This document shows positions 30,497 through 40,145 of a stretch of DNA of 64,000 bases, piece by piece. The first letter of the stretch is position 1; every line of letters begins with the position of its first letter. A model generated the notes under the pieces. It saw only the letters and a program-made list of their open reading frames with translations, was not told the origin of the DNA and made no database searches. This stretch comes from Minisyncoccota bacterium. Lineage in GTDB: Bacteria; Patescibacteriota; Minisyncoccia; Phycocordibacterales; UBA9973. The translations under genes were made by a program, and so were the position numbers. Where the stretch lies: contig JBAYHJ010000005.1 in NCBI GenBank assembly GCA_041666225.1, positions 2,320-66,319 on the forward strand, in the 5' to 3' direction.

Positions 30497-31123
30497 ATGA
30501 AAAAAATTATTAAAAATATATTTATTGTTATTGGTATCATAGTATTATTTTTATATTTGTTAATTTTTTTTATTGCAGAATCTATTAATAAAAGTTCTCG
30601 CATAGAAAGTGAAAATTATAAAAAAAATATGGATTTAATACAAAATAGAGATAAATATCTAGAATCTGATAATAATTTATTTAAGGAACCACAATTAATT
30701 GTAGATGTTGGATTAACTAAATACAATGATTTTTATTTAATAACGGATAAAAATTATGTCATTCTTCCTTACGGAAGACAACTAATAGATTCAAGAGGAA
30801 ATTATTACAGTCGAATGTTAATGACAAACCAAATAAGATTATCAAATCTTAAAAAATTATTAAATAAAGAAATAAAGATTAAAGTTCGTGCTACTAAAAA
30901 TTTACCGTATGGTTATAAAATAAATGAAAATAATCTAACAGATGTTTATCCTCTTAATCAGAGTACATATTATATGGCAGATATAATATTTGATAATTAT
31001 TATTTAGACATGAATTTTAATCCTTGTAATGAAAATTACAGTACAATTGATGGTTATTATTGTAAACAAGATGAACAGACAATATATCCTAGACAAAAAG
31101 AGTGGGAGGGTGAAAAAAATTAA
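30497..31123 (+). CDS. Hypothetical membrane-anchored protein
   Basis: N-terminal TM helix then Asn/Tyr-rich soluble domain; no motif recognised. Confidence 0.35.
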   Translation: MKKIIKNIFIVIGIIVLFLYLLIFFIAESINKSSRIESENYKKNMDLIQNRDKYLESDNNLFKEPQLIVDVGLTKYNDFYLITDKNYVILPYGRQLIDSRGNYYSRMLMTNQIRLSNLKKLLNKEIKIKVRATKNLPYGYKINENNLTDVYPLNQSTYYMADIIFDNYYLDMNFNPCNENYSTIDGYYCKQDEQTIYPRQKEWEGEKN

Positions 31124-31956
31124 ATAATCTCTCCTTTAAATACAAAAATCGCGGGACCACGAAGGATTATTTCTTCGTGGTTTTTTGATACATAAAGTTT
31201 TCCACCAGGGAATTCTAAGGTAATTTCTTCTGGTCCTAAGCATTGCTTAGGACTAAGTTTATTTAAGATTGCGTAAACTGCACAAGCACCAGTACCACAG
31301 GCAAGAGTTTCTCCACATCCACGTTCCCATACTTTAACTTTATAATTTGTATCATCAATTTTTTCTACAAATTCAACATTTATTTTATTTGGGAAATGAT
31401 AGTCATTTTCTATTTCTGGCCCAATGGTTTTTATATTAAAATTATTTAAACTATCTACTATTACAACAGCATGAGGATTACCCATTGAAACACATTCCAT
31501 TTCTAACTCTTCTAAATTCAAAACCCCATTAGGAAAATCATCATGTTCGAATACAGGAATTCCCATATTCACAGAATATGTATCATCTTCATTGCATATA
31601 ATTTTTTTTATTCCAGCTCTAGTATCGATATATATTTCAGAATTGTTGGAAGTCCGACTTCCAACAATTTGACTAAGATAGAATTTTGCGGTACATCTGA
31701 CTCCATTACCACACATTTCAGCTTGCGTTCCGTCAGAATTATAATAATTCATAAAACAATCCGCCTTCGCTTGGCTTCGGCGAGACAAGTCTGCATTGTC
31801 TGATTTTTCTATAAGGATTAGTCCATCAGCTCCAACACCAAAATGCCTATCACAAATTAACTTAATATAATCTGGTTTAAGATCAATATCTCCCTCAAGA
31901 TTATTAATCATAATAAAATCATTCCCAGCACCGTGATATTTATAGAAATTAATCAT
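31120..31956 (-). CDS. dapF: Diaminopimelate epimerase
   Basis: FYKYHGAGNDFIMI, CGNGVRC and ERGCGETLACGTGACA (two catalytic Cys). Confidence 0.85.
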   Translation of the reverse strand: MINFYKYHGAGNDFIMINNLEGDIDLKPDYIKLICDRHFGVGADGLILIEKSDNADLSRRSQAKADCFMNYYNSDGTQAEMCGNGVRCTAKFYLSQIVGSRTSNNSEIYIDTRAGIKKIICNEDDTYSVNMGIPVFEHDDFPNGVLNLEELEMECVSMGNPHAVVIVDSLNNFNIKTIGPEIENDYHFPNKINVEFVEKIDDTNYKVKVWERGCGETLACGTGACAVYAILNKLSPKQCLGPEEITLEFPGGKLYVSKNHEEIILRGPAIFVFKGEII

Positions 31957-32008
31957 ATTTTCTATTATACCCTGTAGTAGAATTTATTAAAAATGTTATA
32001 CTTAATAT

Positions 32009-32461
32009 ATGATTTATATAGGAAGTGACCATGCTGGTTACGAATTAAAAGAAAAATTAAAAATATTTTTAGCTGAGTTAAGCTATAAGGTTATTGATAA
32101 GGGAGCATTTAAAAAAAATAGTGATGACGATTATCCTGACTTTGTTATTCCTGTTGCAGAATCTGTGGCTCAAGACCTTGGAAGTTTTGGAATAGTTATA
32201 GGTGGAAGTGGACAAGGAGAAGCAATGTCCGCAAATAAAATAGATGGAGTTAGAGCAACAGAATACTACGGTGGCGATCCTGAAATTGTAAAAGTATCAC
32301 GCTTACACAACGATGCAAATATTTTATCGCTTGGGGCTCGTTTTGTATCAGAAGAAGAAGCGAGAGAAGTAGTTACTCTATTTTTAGAAACAAAATTTAG
32401 TGGAGAAGAAAGACATATTAGAAGACTCAACGAAATTAAAGAAGAAGAAATTAATAATTAA
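32009..32461 (+). CDS. rpiB: Ribose-5-phosphate isomerase B (RpiB/LacAB family)
   Basis: MIYIGSDHAGYELKEKL N-terminal motif, GxGxGE motif. Confidence 0.85.
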   Translation: MIYIGSDHAGYELKEKLKIFLAELSYKVIDKGAFKKNSDDDYPDFVIPVAESVAQDLGSFGIVIGGSGQGEAMSANKIDGVRATEYYGGDPEIVKVSRLHNDANILSLGARFVSEEEAREVVTLFLETKFSGEERHIRRLNEIKEEEINN

Positions 32462-32503
32462 TTAAACTAGTCACTAAAAACTAGATACTAGAACCTAATC
32501 TAT

Positions 32504-33190
32504 ATGACCGAAATAACCCCAGCTATACTCGTAAGAGATTTCAATGAATTAAATGAAAAATTAGCAAAATTTGTAAACATATCAAATATAGTACAAATAG
32601 ATATTTGTGATGGTAATTTTGTTTCAACTATTTCATGGCCAATGAATCCTCGCGATCGAGAAAGTGTTCAATCAGTGTTGGATGAGGAAAATGGATTACC
32701 ATTTTGGGAACAATTGGATTTTGAATTTGATCTCATGGTCTTAAATGCTCACAAACAATTTGATTTTTTCGCTCGACTTGGAGCAAAGAGAATTGTTTTT
32801 CACTTAGAGGCGGAAACAGAAACAGATTTTAAAGAATTCCTAGAATCACTTGATCCATATTTTAAAGATAATATTGAAATTGGAATTGCTATAAACACAA
32901 TAACTAATATAAGTAAACTTGAACCATTTATAAACTATGTAGATTTTGTTCAATGTATGGGCATAGAACATATCGGACATCAAGGAGAAGAATTTGACGA
33001 AAGAGTCCTTATTCAAATAAAAAATTTAAAAACAATATATCCAGAGCTAAAGATAAGCGTAGATGGCTCTGTTAATGAAAATACAGCTCCCAAACTTATT
33101 GAAGCTGGTGCAACTAGGTTAGTAATTGGCTCAGCATTGCGTCAAAGTTATGACATACGAGAAACTTTTAAAGAATTTCAAAATTTATAA
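32504..33190 (+). CDS. rpe: Ribulose-phosphate 3-epimerase-like TIM-barrel protein
   Basis: ITPAILVRDF...IDICDGNFV resembles the Rpe S-x-D-x...D-x-MDG-x-FV motif; PPP context. Confidence 0.65.
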   Translation: MTEITPAILVRDFNELNEKLAKFVNISNIVQIDICDGNFVSTISWPMNPRDRESVQSVLDEENGLPFWEQLDFEFDLMVLNAHKQFDFFARLGAKRIVFHLEAETETDFKEFLESLDPYFKDNIEIGIAINTITNISKLEPFINYVDFVQCMGIEHIGHQGEEFDERVLIQIKNLKTIYPELKISVDGSVNENTAPKLIEAGATRLVIGSALRQSYDIRETFKEFQNL

Positions 33191-33229
33191 TTCATAAAGA
33201 AAAATGATACAATAATTGTGAGAGAATAA

Positions 33230-33340
33230 AAGCTACACAAATTATAATAACAAAAAACTCCTCGGATCTCCTCGCCGAATCCCTTAAGAAGCTCGGCCAG
33301 ACATTTTTTCATAAAATAATTTGTTTCACTTAAAATAACA
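33230..33340. repeat. Intergenic repeat element copy 2 (same conserved arms as 3515..3637, different GC-rich core), ends at the ATG of the transketolase N-subunit
   Basis: aagctacacaaattataataacaaaaaa ... cagacattttttcataaaataatttgtttcacttaaaataaca. Confidence 0.5.
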
Positions 33341-34177
33341 ATGGAAAATTTAACTGACGAAAAAATTAAAGAATTAAAAATAATAGCAAATAATATCCGC
33401 AAAAGTATTATTGAAATGCTTCTTGAGGCAGGTTCTGGTCACACAGCAGGAGCATTGGGAATGGCAGATATTTTTACTTCACTTTATTTTCATATACTAA
33501 AACATAAACCCAAAGAACCACTATGGGTAAATCGTGATAGATTAGTCCTTTCAAATGGTCATATTTGCCCTGTTTTATATGCATCCATGGCTGAAGCTTC
33601 CTATTTTCCAAAGGAAGAATTAAAAACTTTAAGACAATTTGGCTCGCGTCTACAAGGACATCCACATCGTGAATTTATGCCATGGTTAGAAACTTCCTCG
33701 GGACCACTCGGATCTGGACTTTCACAAGCTGTTGGAATGGCTATCGCAGATAAAATATATGGTGGAGATAAAACAATATACGCACTATTATCTGATGGGG
33801 AACATGATGAAGGAAATACTTGGGAAGCAATAATGCTTGCCAATAAAGAAAAACTTTCAAACTTAATCGTAATCGTTGATAGAAATAGTATTCAAATAGG
33901 TGGAAATACAGAAAAGGTTATGCCTCTTGGTAATTTAAAAGAAAAATACCAATCATTTGGATGGAATATTTTTGAAGTGGACGGTCATGATTTTTGGGAA
34001 ATTAATAATGCGATTTATAATGCTAAAAAAAATAAAGACAAACCATCTGTAATAATTGCACATACAATACCAGGGAAAGGAGTCCGAGAATGGGAAAATG
34101 ATTACCGTTGGCATGGTAAAGCTCCTAATAAAGAAGAAGCAGAAATGGCATTGCGCGGATTAGGAGCTAGTTTATAG
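33341..34177 (+). CDS. Transketolase, N-terminal (TPP-binding) subunit of a split enzyme
   Basis: GSGHTAGALGMADIF, GDG...E TPP-binding motif (SDGEHDEGNTWE). Confidence 0.85.
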   Translation: MENLTDEKIKELKIIANNIRKSIIEMLLEAGSGHTAGALGMADIFTSLYFHILKHKPKEPLWVNRDRLVLSNGHICPVLYASMAEASYFPKEELKTLRQFGSRLQGHPHREFMPWLETSSGPLGSGLSQAVGMAIADKIYGGDKTIYALLSDGEHDEGNTWEAIMLANKEKLSNLIVIVDRNSIQIGGNTEKVMPLGNLKEKYQSFGWNIFEVDGHDFWEINNAIYNAKKNKDKPSVIIAHTIPGKGVREWENDYRWHGKAPNKEEAEMALRGLGASL

Positions 34178-34207
34178 TGATTGGTTTCTATATAACAATA
34201 AAAATAC

Positions 34208-35206
34208 ATGTTAAATCAAAATTTAAAACTTAATACAAAAATATTCAATACTGATTTGGAAAAAATTTCAACACGCCAAGGTTTTGGTGAGGGGTTACTT
34301 AAAGCAGGAAGTGAAAATGAAAATATTGTTGTGTTAAGTGCAGACTTAGAAGAATCAACAAAAGTAAATATTTTCGCTGAGAAATTTCCTGATAGATTTA
34401 TTGAGCTAGGCGTAGCAGAACAAAATTTAGCATCAGTTGCAAGTGGAATGGCTTCTATGAGAAAAATTCCGTTTATTGCTTCTTATGGAATATTTAGTCC
34501 AGGTAGAAACTGGGAACAAATTCGTACAACTATTTGTTACAACAATCAACCAGTAAAAATTATTGGTTCACACACCGGCCTTTCTGTAGGACCCGATGGA
34601 GGAAGCCATCAAGCATTGGAAGACATAGCTATAACCCGCGTGATACCAAATATGGTTGTAATATCACCTTGTGACGCCATTGAAGCAAAAAAAGCAACAA
34701 TAGCATGCTCTTTAACAAAAGATCCTACTTACATTCGTTTAACTAGAAATAATACGCCCATAATAACTACGAATGAAACTCCATTTGAGATAGGAAAAGC
34801 TCAAATAGTTTTTATTCCTGAAATAGGTCTTGCTCATGTTGGAATAATTGCCACAGGCCCAATATTATATAAAGCGATTGTAGCTGCACGTGAATTAGAA
34901 AAGAAGGGAATTAAGGTCAAGGTTATGAATTTGTCGACTATTAAACCATTAGATAATGATGCTGTAATAGCACTAGCAAAAGAAACTAGAGCCATAGTGA
35001 CAGTAGAAGACCACCAAATTGCTGGAGGTATGGGAAGTGCTGTTGCAGAATGTATCGCACAAAATTATCCTATACCAATAGAATTTGTTGGAGTAAAAGA
35101 TAAATTTGGCCAATCAGGAAAGCCCGAGGAATTAGAAAAATATTATAAAATTGATGATTTAAATATAATTGAGAGTGTTAAGAAAGTAATTAAAAGAAAA
35201 GTCTAA
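34208..35206 (+). CDS. Transketolase, C-terminal (pyrimidine-binding) subunit
   Basis: FIELGVAEQNLASVASGMA, HTGLSVGPDGGSHQALEDIA. Confidence 0.85.
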   Translation: MLNQNLKLNTKIFNTDLEKISTRQGFGEGLLKAGSENENIVVLSADLEESTKVNIFAEKFPDRFIELGVAEQNLASVASGMASMRKIPFIASYGIFSPGRNWEQIRTTICYNNQPVKIIGSHTGLSVGPDGGSHQALEDIAITRVIPNMVVISPCDAIEAKKATIACSLTKDPTYIRLTRNNTPIITTNETPFEIGKAQIVFIPEIGLAHVGIIATGPILYKAIVAARELEKKGIKVKVMNLSTIKPLDNDAVIALAKETRAIVTVEDHQIAGGMGSAVAECIAQNYPIPIEFVGVKDKFGQSGKPEELEKYYKIDDLNIIESVKKVIKRKV

Positions 35207-35208
35207 AA

Positions 35209-35520
35209 TTAATTTTCTTTCTTAATTTTTGCAATTTTATCTTTTAGAATTTGTATTGATCTTTCAACCTCTAATATTTCGAACGAGATATCTATTGTAT
35301 CTTTTTGGCTAGTATAATCATTAAGAGAATCAATCAAATTAATTTTTTCTTTTTCTTTTTTTTCTAGTTCAGAAATATAGAAAAAAGCATTTTCAGGTTT
35401 GTTCTCAAGCATTTTCTTATATTCCTCAAAACTTACTTTATTAAATACTTTTTTCACTTCGAGCCCCTTAGGAATGTTATTTTCTGGCTCATTTTTTCCA
35501 ATTTTATTAAAGTCTTCCAT
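35209..35520 (-). CDS. Hypothetical coiled-coil protein
   Basis: 103-aa ORF, heptad-rich, no motif. Confidence 0.3.
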   Translation of the reverse strand: MEDFNKIGKNEPENNIPKGLEVKKVFNKVSFEEYKKMLENKPENAFFYISELEKKEKEKINLIDSLNDYTSQKDTIDISFEILEVERSIQILKDKIAKIKKEN

Positions 35521-35526
35521 ATATAT

Positions 35527-36531
35527 TCAATTTATTTTACTTGGCTTATAATCCTCAGGTAAATTTTTTACCAATTCTTCAATTTGTTCTCTGTTTAATA
35601 AACCTTTATGTGGGCCAACTTCTGACACTACTGACATTGAATTTATTGCTCCCCACATTAGCGCAACAGAAGGTTCTTTCTCTAAAGATAAAGCCGATAT
35701 AAAAGCAGATGAAAATGCATCTCCAGCTCCTGTGCTTTCTATAGAATTTTTAATAACAGCTTTCATAAATAAAGTTTGCTCTCCATCATATAAATAAGAA
35801 CCATTTATATCATCAGTAATTATTACCATTTTGGGACCTAAATCGTATATCATCTTTAATAATTTAGAAATATCTTTTTCTTCTGTTTCTAATATCTTTC
35901 TAGCTTCCTCGTGGTTACATAAAAATACATCGGTCCGATTATAAATATCTTTAAGTTGCTCGTGTCCTAACTTAATCTGAAAAGTTCCTGGCTGAAAAGC
36001 AAGCTTAACTTTTATATGTCTTTTTAAATAATTAACTATTTCATCATGAAAACGTAATGAATTCTCTCCAAGTGAACTTAAATAAATCCAAGCAGGGGAT
36101 TGATATTCTTTTGATTCTTCAGTCTTTGTCCATTCATAATTATATTTTTCATGTTTTACTAAAATAGTACGTTCTTTTTCATACCAAAGAACATAATGAT
36201 AATTTGTAGGCTTACCTAATTCTATCTTTATAAAATTAGTGTCAACATTTTCTTTTTGTAATACATTCAAACAATCAATTCCAATCTGATCATCACCAAT
36301 ATTTGTCATCAGTGCTGATTTAAGCCCAAGCCTACTTGCAGAAACTGCCACATTGGAACTGTTCCCGGTAGCATGACAAATTTCAGCTGATTCATAAGGA
36401 ATTTTACCGCCATAATTAAGACATAGTTTGCAGTGATTGCCTTCTAAATCACATTTTTCTTCAGCATCTTTAATTTTAATAAAAACGTCTGTTGCTATGT
36501 CACCTATAGCTAAAATATCGATTTGTTTCAT
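35527..36531 (-). CDS. PfkB-family carbohydrate kinase (ribokinase-like)
   Basis: N-terminal GD motif (ILAIGDIATD), C-terminal TGAGDAFSSAF anion-hole motif. Confidence 0.75.
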   Translation of the reverse strand: MKQIDILAIGDIATDVFIKIKDAEEKCDLEGNHCKLCLNYGGKIPYESAEICHATGNSSNVAVSASRLGLKSALMTNIGDDQIGIDCLNVLQKENVDTNFIKIELGKPTNYHYVLWYEKERTILVKHEKYNYEWTKTEESKEYQSPAWIYLSSLGENSLRFHDEIVNYLKRHIKVKLAFQPGTFQIKLGHEQLKDIYNRTDVFLCNHEEARKILETEEKDISKLLKMIYDLGPKMVIITDDINGSYLYDGEQTLFMKAVIKNSIESTGAGDAFSSAFISALSLEKEPSVALMWGAINSMSVVSEVGPHKGLLNREQIEELVKNLPEDYKPSKIN

Positions 36532-36561
36532 TTACTTATTATATCATGATATAATATTTTT

Positions 36562-37431
36562 ATGAAAACATTACGTGAATATATAAAAGAAGCAGAAGAG
36601 AAAGGTGTTGCTATTGGACATTTTAATATTTCTAATATTGAAGCACTTCATGGTATCTATGATGCAGCAAAAAAATTAAATCTTCCTATTATTATTGGAG
36701 TTTCTGAAGGTGAGGAAGAATTTATCGGTAGAAATGAAGTAGCCTCACTTGTAAAAATGATTCGTGAGAAAGATAATTATCCTATTTTCTTAAATGCTGA
36801 TCATCATTATACATTTGAATCTGTTAAAGGTGCACTCGACGCAGGATATGATGCTGCAATTATAGATGCTGTTAAATTACCACTTGAAGAAAATATTGCC
36901 CTTACAAAGAAATGTGTTGACTATGCAAAAGAATTAGGTGAAAAAGAGGGAAGAGATATTCTAATTGAAGCAGAGCTTGGTTTTATCGGCCAATCATCAA
37001 AACTTCTTGATGTTATCCCAGAAGGTATTAGTGAGGCTACAATGACCAAACCAGACGATGCAAAAACTTTTGTAGAACAAACTGGAATCAACTTGCTTGC
37101 TCCATCTGTGGGCAACATTCATGGAATGGTAAAAGGAGGGAACCCAAGACTAGATATAAATAGAATTAAAGAAGTTCGCCTTGCTTCTGGTGTGCCATTA
37201 GTACTACACGGTGGCTCTGGAATCGCTGATGAGGATTTTGTTAATGCAATTAAAGCTGGAATTTCAATTATCCATATTAATACAGAAATCCGTGTAGCTT
37301 ATAAAAAAGCACTCGAGAAGTATTTAAAAGAAAATCCAAATGAAGTTGCTCCGTATAAAATTCTCAAACCAGCAGTAGAAGCTATAGAGAAAGTAGTGGA
37401 ACAAAGATTAAAACTATTTAATAATCTATAA
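36562..37431 (+). CDS. fba: Class II fructose-bisphosphate aldolase
   Basis: GVAIGHFNISNIEAL, His ligands in LNADHH and LHGGSG. Confidence 0.85.
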   Translation: MKTLREYIKEAEEKGVAIGHFNISNIEALHGIYDAAKKLNLPIIIGVSEGEEEFIGRNEVASLVKMIREKDNYPIFLNADHHYTFESVKGALDAGYDAAIIDAVKLPLEENIALTKKCVDYAKELGEKEGRDILIEAELGFIGQSSKLLDVIPEGISEATMTKPDDAKTFVEQTGINLLAPSVGNIHGMVKGGNPRLDINRIKEVRLASGVPLVLHGGSGIADEDFVNAIKAGISIIHINTEIRVAYKKALEKYLKENPNEVAPYKILKPAVEAIEKVVEQRLKLFNNL

Positions 37432-37453
37432 AAAGTTCGAACCCTAGTGGAGG

Positions 37454-37573
37454 AGCCATATAGACAAATCTACATTTATATGTTATTGTATGAACAATAA
37501 TAGTTTTTTTGACATCTGGTTTTATTGGTTCTCAGAGAAGATAAATTATTGTCTTTTGTGGGAACCAATTAAA
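37454..37573. repeat. About 120-bp intergenic unit (segment A + spacer + imperfect-palindrome segment B), copy 1, ends 11 nt before the ATG at 37585
   Basis: A = gagccatatagacaaatctacatttatatgttattgtatgaacaataatagttt; B = ggttctcagagaagataaattattgtcttttgtgggaaccaattaaa; second copy at 38115..38168 plus 39272..39318 split by IS30. Confidence 0.5.
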
Positions 37574-37584
37574 ATTATATAGCC

Positions 37585-37956
37585 ATGCCAAGCATTACAC
37601 TGAAACTTCAATTCGTCGAAGATGGTATTATGAGTCAGAAATTGATTACAGAAATACGATCAGCGTTCATTCATGTGAAGGAATTAAACCTACAAGGGAA
37701 AGATCAAGCCATATTTATTAATGTTGTGTATACTCACAACGATCCAGTTTTCCCCGAAGGATTATTTGAAGCTGAAATAATTCTCAAAAAGAAACCCGAC
37801 AGAACAAAGAATGTCCTTGATCAGTTGGCCAAGAATGTTTATGGTGCAATTTCTGGTGTATTAAATCAGTATGAGTACCATGGATTTTTCGGCAGAGTGA
37901 GAACAATAACATTTCACCAAGACGAAGAAGGGTACGTTAGCTCAAAAAGTTTATGA
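37585..37956 (+). CDS. Hypothetical 123-aa protein starting Met-Pro (possible tautomerase-superfamily-like)
   Basis: MPSITLKLQF...LITEIRSAF weakly resembles 4-OT/MIF Pro-1 enzymes; low confidence. Confidence 0.3.
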   Translation: MPSITLKLQFVEDGIMSQKLITEIRSAFIHVKELNLQGKDQAIFINVVYTHNDPVFPEGLFEAEIILKKKPDRTKNVLDQLAKNVYGAISGVLNQYEYHGFFGRVRTITFHQDEEGYVSSKSL

Positions 37957-38019
37957 GATTTCAAAATCACGTATGAAGGTGACAGGTTAAGTTGATTTAC
38001 CTGAATTAAAGAACCAACA

Positions 38020-38050
38020 CATGAGCCACTGAATAAAGGTGGCTTTTTTA
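38020..38050 (+). terminator. Candidate rho-independent terminator
   Basis: agccac-tgaataaag-gtggct followed by TTTTTTAT. Confidence 0.4.
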
Positions 38051-38114
38051 TTTCCCCACAATACTTATTCAAACTTCATCCCACCCAGTAGTTCATTTGG
38101 GTAAATGAAGTTCG

Positions 38115-38168
38115 GAGCCAACTAGACAAATCTATATTTATATGTTATTGTAAACATAATAATAGTTT
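38115..38168. repeat. Segment A' of the second copy of the A-B unit (about 90% identical to 37454..37506)
   Basis: gagccaactagacaaatctatatttatatgttattgtaaacataataatagttt. Confidence 0.5.
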
Positions 38169-38184
38169 CCTATTAAGAGCCCCC

Positions 38185-39234
38185 AAGCAGAACACTAACT
38201 AGTTAATAATGACTCCCTTAATAATACCACACTTTGTGGTCTTTTTTGTTTTTGTAACTCTCTATCAAATTCTTCTTGTGGTGTTTTAAAATTAAGACAG
38301 GTCATGTATTTGTTTCTAAGTTTCTCTTCAACCATTTTAAAATGAGATAGTGGAAAGGAAGACAAATCAGATTTTTTCTTAACATATCTTCGTATAGCTT
38401 TGTTTCTGTTCTCGACTGTACCTTTTTCATTAGGTGATTGAGGATGACAGAAATACACTGTTGCATCCAATAATTCAGAAAGTTCTTGATGTTTTTGAAA
38501 CGAAATATCATTATCTAACGTCAAACTTTTAACTGGAATATCAAATAGTAATTCTTCTATCAATCTATTCACATTTCTATTACTCCTATCCTCTAAATAT
38601 ACAAGGAATGGATATCTTGTTTTCCTCTCTACAAGCACAAGAAGTGATCCTTTACCATCTTTCCCGCTTTCAATGAAATCACCCTCGAAATGACCAAATT
38701 CTATTCGTTTTTCAATATGTTTTGGTCTTTTATCAATGAATACTCTTCCATCTATTCCTACACTTGTTCCTCTTTTCTTTCCAGTCTTTTTCTTAACAGC
38801 ATTACTATACAAACACTTCTCTATCTGTCTTCCATGAGGACTTTCTACGAACTTGTATATTGCCTTAGAACTGGCATATTCAATTCCTTTTTCTACATAT
38901 TTTAATCTTCCAGATATACCTTCAGGAGACTGATGATCTTTTATATTATCTACAACAAACTTTTGTAATTCTTTATTCATTGCTACCTTCAAGCAATCTC
39001 TCTTAGATTTCTCTCTTTTTACATCTGCCTTATGCTGTGCTTTTTTTGCATTGTAGATTCCACTTACACTATTGTTCTTAACCTCATTTGATATATTTGA
39101 AACACTTCTTTTTAATACTCTTGCAATCTCTCGCAAGCTTTTTCTTTGTCTCAAAAATCTTTCAATTTTCTTTCTATCGCCGAAACACAAATGCATATAT
39201 ATTCTCATAATTCTATTTTACAAGTGTTCTGCTT
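38185..39234 (-). mobile_element. IS30-family insertion sequence (about 1050 bp) with 12-bp perfect terminal inverted repeats
   Basis: IRs aagcagaacact (38185..38196) and agtgttctgctt (39223..39234) bracket a single 337-aa transposase ORF. Confidence 0.75.
38195..39208 (-). CDS. IS30-family DDE transposase, intact
   Basis: N-terminal HTH (SLREIARVLKRSVSNISNEV), DDE domain (LTLDNDISF ... HPQSPNEKGTVENRNKAIRRY). Confidence 0.85.
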   Translation of the reverse strand: MRIYMHLCFGDRKKIERFLRQRKSLREIARVLKRSVSNISNEVKNNSVSGIYNAKKAQHKADVKREKSKRDCLKVAMNKELQKFVVDNIKDHQSPEGISGRLKYVEKGIEYASSKAIYKFVESPHGRQIEKCLYSNAVKKKTGKKRGTSVGIDGRVFIDKRPKHIEKRIEFGHFEGDFIESGKDGKGSLLVLVERKTRYPFLVYLEDRSNRNVNRLIEELLFDIPVKSLTLDNDISFQKHQELSELLDATVYFCHPQSPNEKGTVENRNKAIRRYVKKKSDLSSFPLSHFKMVEEKLRNKYMTCLNFKTPQEEFDRELQKQKRPQSVVLLRESLLTS

Positions 39235-39271
39235 CAAAGGTAAATCTTCATTTTTCGACATGTGTTTTAGT

Positions 39272-39318
39272 GGTTATCAGAGCAGACAATACTTTTGTCT
39301 CTTGTGGTAACCATTAAA
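39272..39318. repeat. Segment B' of the second copy of the A-B unit
   Basis: ggttatcagagcagacaatacttttgtctcttgtggtaaccattaaa, imperfect palindrome like B at 37527..37573. Confidence 0.5.
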
Positions 39319-39416
39319 CAATATAATTATGAGAGCTCTAATAAGCAAAGCAAGAAAAGTAATTTTTCTTCATGCAGTTAAAGCTGCAGGAATTGAAGAA
39401 AGGAAAAACTATGAAG

Positions 39417-39447
39417 GAGAATTGGGGTCAGAGAATTGGGGTCAGCC
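39417..39447. repeat. Left inverted doublet of the 11-mer attggggtcag flanking the Y1 transposase gene
   Basis: gagaattggggtcagagaattggggtcagcc; reverse complement of the right flank. Confidence 0.6.
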
Positions 39448-39470
39448 ACTATTAATGATATAATATTACT

Positions 39471-40145
39471 ATGCCAAGAATAAAAAGAATTAATGTTGGA
39501 GGATATATATATCATGTTTTAAATAGAGCAAACGCTCGTGTACAAATTTTTGATAACAAAGAAGATTATAAACTTTTTGAAAATATTTTAGAAGAAGCTA
39601 TTAAGAAATTTAATGTAAAGATTTTAGCTTATTGTATTATGCCAAACCACTGGCATATGGTTTTGTATCCAGAAAATGAAGGTGATCTATCTATGTTTAT
39701 GGGATGGCTTACAAACACCCACACAAGAAGATGGCATACAAAAAAGGGAACTGTGGGACAAGGCCATCTCTATCAAGGAAGATATAAATCATTTATTTGT
39801 CAGGATGATAATCATTTTCTCACTTTAGTTAAATATGTTGAACAAAATGCAATGAAGGCTAATCTAGTTAAAAAAGCAGAAGATTGGGAATGGTCTAGTG
39901 TCTGGAGAAGAGAAAATGGAACAATTAAACAGAAAGAAATTTTATCAGCATGGCCAGTATTTAGACCAAAAGATTATTTATCTTGGTTAAATACAATTTT
40001 ACCACAAGAAAAAGGAGAAATTATTGAAAAATCTATCATTAAGAGTATCCCTTTTGGAGAAGATGTTTGGGTTAATAATACTGTAAAGAAATTTGGATTA
40101 GAACAAACACTAAGGAAAGTTGGAAGACCTAAAAATGGTGGCTGA
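39471..40145 (+). CDS. Y1/HUH tyrosine transposase (IS200-like / REP-associated tyrosine transposase-like)
   Basis: HUH motif in IMPNHWHMVLY, catalytic Tyr region KYVEQNAMKANL, 224 aa. Confidence 0.75.
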   Translation: MPRIKRINVGGYIYHVLNRANARVQIFDNKEDYKLFENILEEAIKKFNVKILAYCIMPNHWHMVLYPENEGDLSMFMGWLTNTHTRRWHTKKGTVGQGHLYQGRYKSFICQDDNHFLTLVKYVEQNAMKANLVKKAEDWEWSSVWRRENGTIKQKEILSAWPVFRPKDYLSWLNTILPQEKGEIIEKSIIKSIPFGEDVWVNNTVKKFGLEQTLRKVGRPKNGG

